This document shows, in pieces, positions 63,701 through 64,000 of a stretch of DNA of 64,000 nucleotides; the stretch's first letter is position 1; the number at the start of each line of letters is the position of its first letter. Below the pieces are notes generated by a model. That model was given only the letters and a program-made list of their open reading frames with translations. It was not told the origin of the DNA and ran no database searches. Location: positions 54,034,430 through 54,098,429 of the forward strand of contig NC_090399.1 of assembly GCF_036365525.1 (NCBI RefSeq), written 5' to 3'. The stretch is from Heterodontus francisci (taxonomy: Eukaryota). The position numbers were made by a program, and so were the translations under genes.

Positions 63701-64000
63701 GAGACAGTGATCAGGGTCCAGTTAAACCTGTATTAAATTAGTGAGTGAACTCGATTCACTGATGGTCCATGACTGGGATTGGATTCAGTGGGAGACAGTG
63801 ATCAGGGTTCAGTTAAACCTGTATTAAATTAGTGAGTGAGCTCGATTCACTGATGGTCCATGACTGGGATTGGATTCAGTGGGAGACAGTGATCAGGGTC
63901 CAGTTAAACCTGTATTAAATTAGTGAGTGAGCTCGATTCACTGATGGTCCATGACTGGGATTGGATTCAGTGGGAGACAGTGATCAGGGTCCAGTTAAAC
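57716..64000. repeat. 91-bp tandem satellite, about 69 highly homogeneous copies, running off the window end
   Basis: Unit ttaaacctgtattaaattagtgagtgagctcgattcactgatggtccatgactgggattggattcagtgggagacagtgatcagggtccag. Confidence 0.99.

Noticed and set aside
57716-64000. CRISPR-like array, or a tandem RNA-gene array
   Set aside because: No unique spacers, eukaryotic context, and no pol III boxes or recognisable RNA gene in the unit.

Overview
Vertebrate genomic DNA, almost certainly from a cartilaginous fish (shark-type CR1/L2/RTE LINEs, Deu-type SINEs, Penelope fragments). The only well-supported host gene is the 3' part of an MHC class II beta-chain gene on the + strand: beta2 Ig-C1 exon 2263-2544, connecting peptide/TM exon 6527-6643, cytoplasmic exon 9645-9671 and last exon 12820-12845 (stop), with a poly(A) signal at 13362. 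All junctions are phase 1 and splice into one open frame; the leader and beta1 exons are not in the window. Most of the remainder is nested transposon debris: many CR1 copies (one with a near-complete ORF2), L2, an RTE LINE, a second LINE family with its partner SINE, Penelope pieces (one with a hammerhead-ribozyme core), a Gmr1-type Gypsy element lacking RT, three solo LTRs, and Harbinger-like relics. There are three tandem arrays (38 bp, 31 bp and 91 bp). Small unique islands between the repeats contain an orphan MHC-II-like X/Y box with NF-kB sites (about 37.1-37.3 kb), a kB-ISRE module (41.27 kb), candidate minus-strand tail exons encoding a YxxPhi motif (38.4-41.4 kb) and faint relics of a possible MHC/Ig-C1 pseudogene (about 24 kb and 31.8 kb). 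These last calls are speculative. TE boundaries were read by eye and are approximate unless target-site duplications are quoted.
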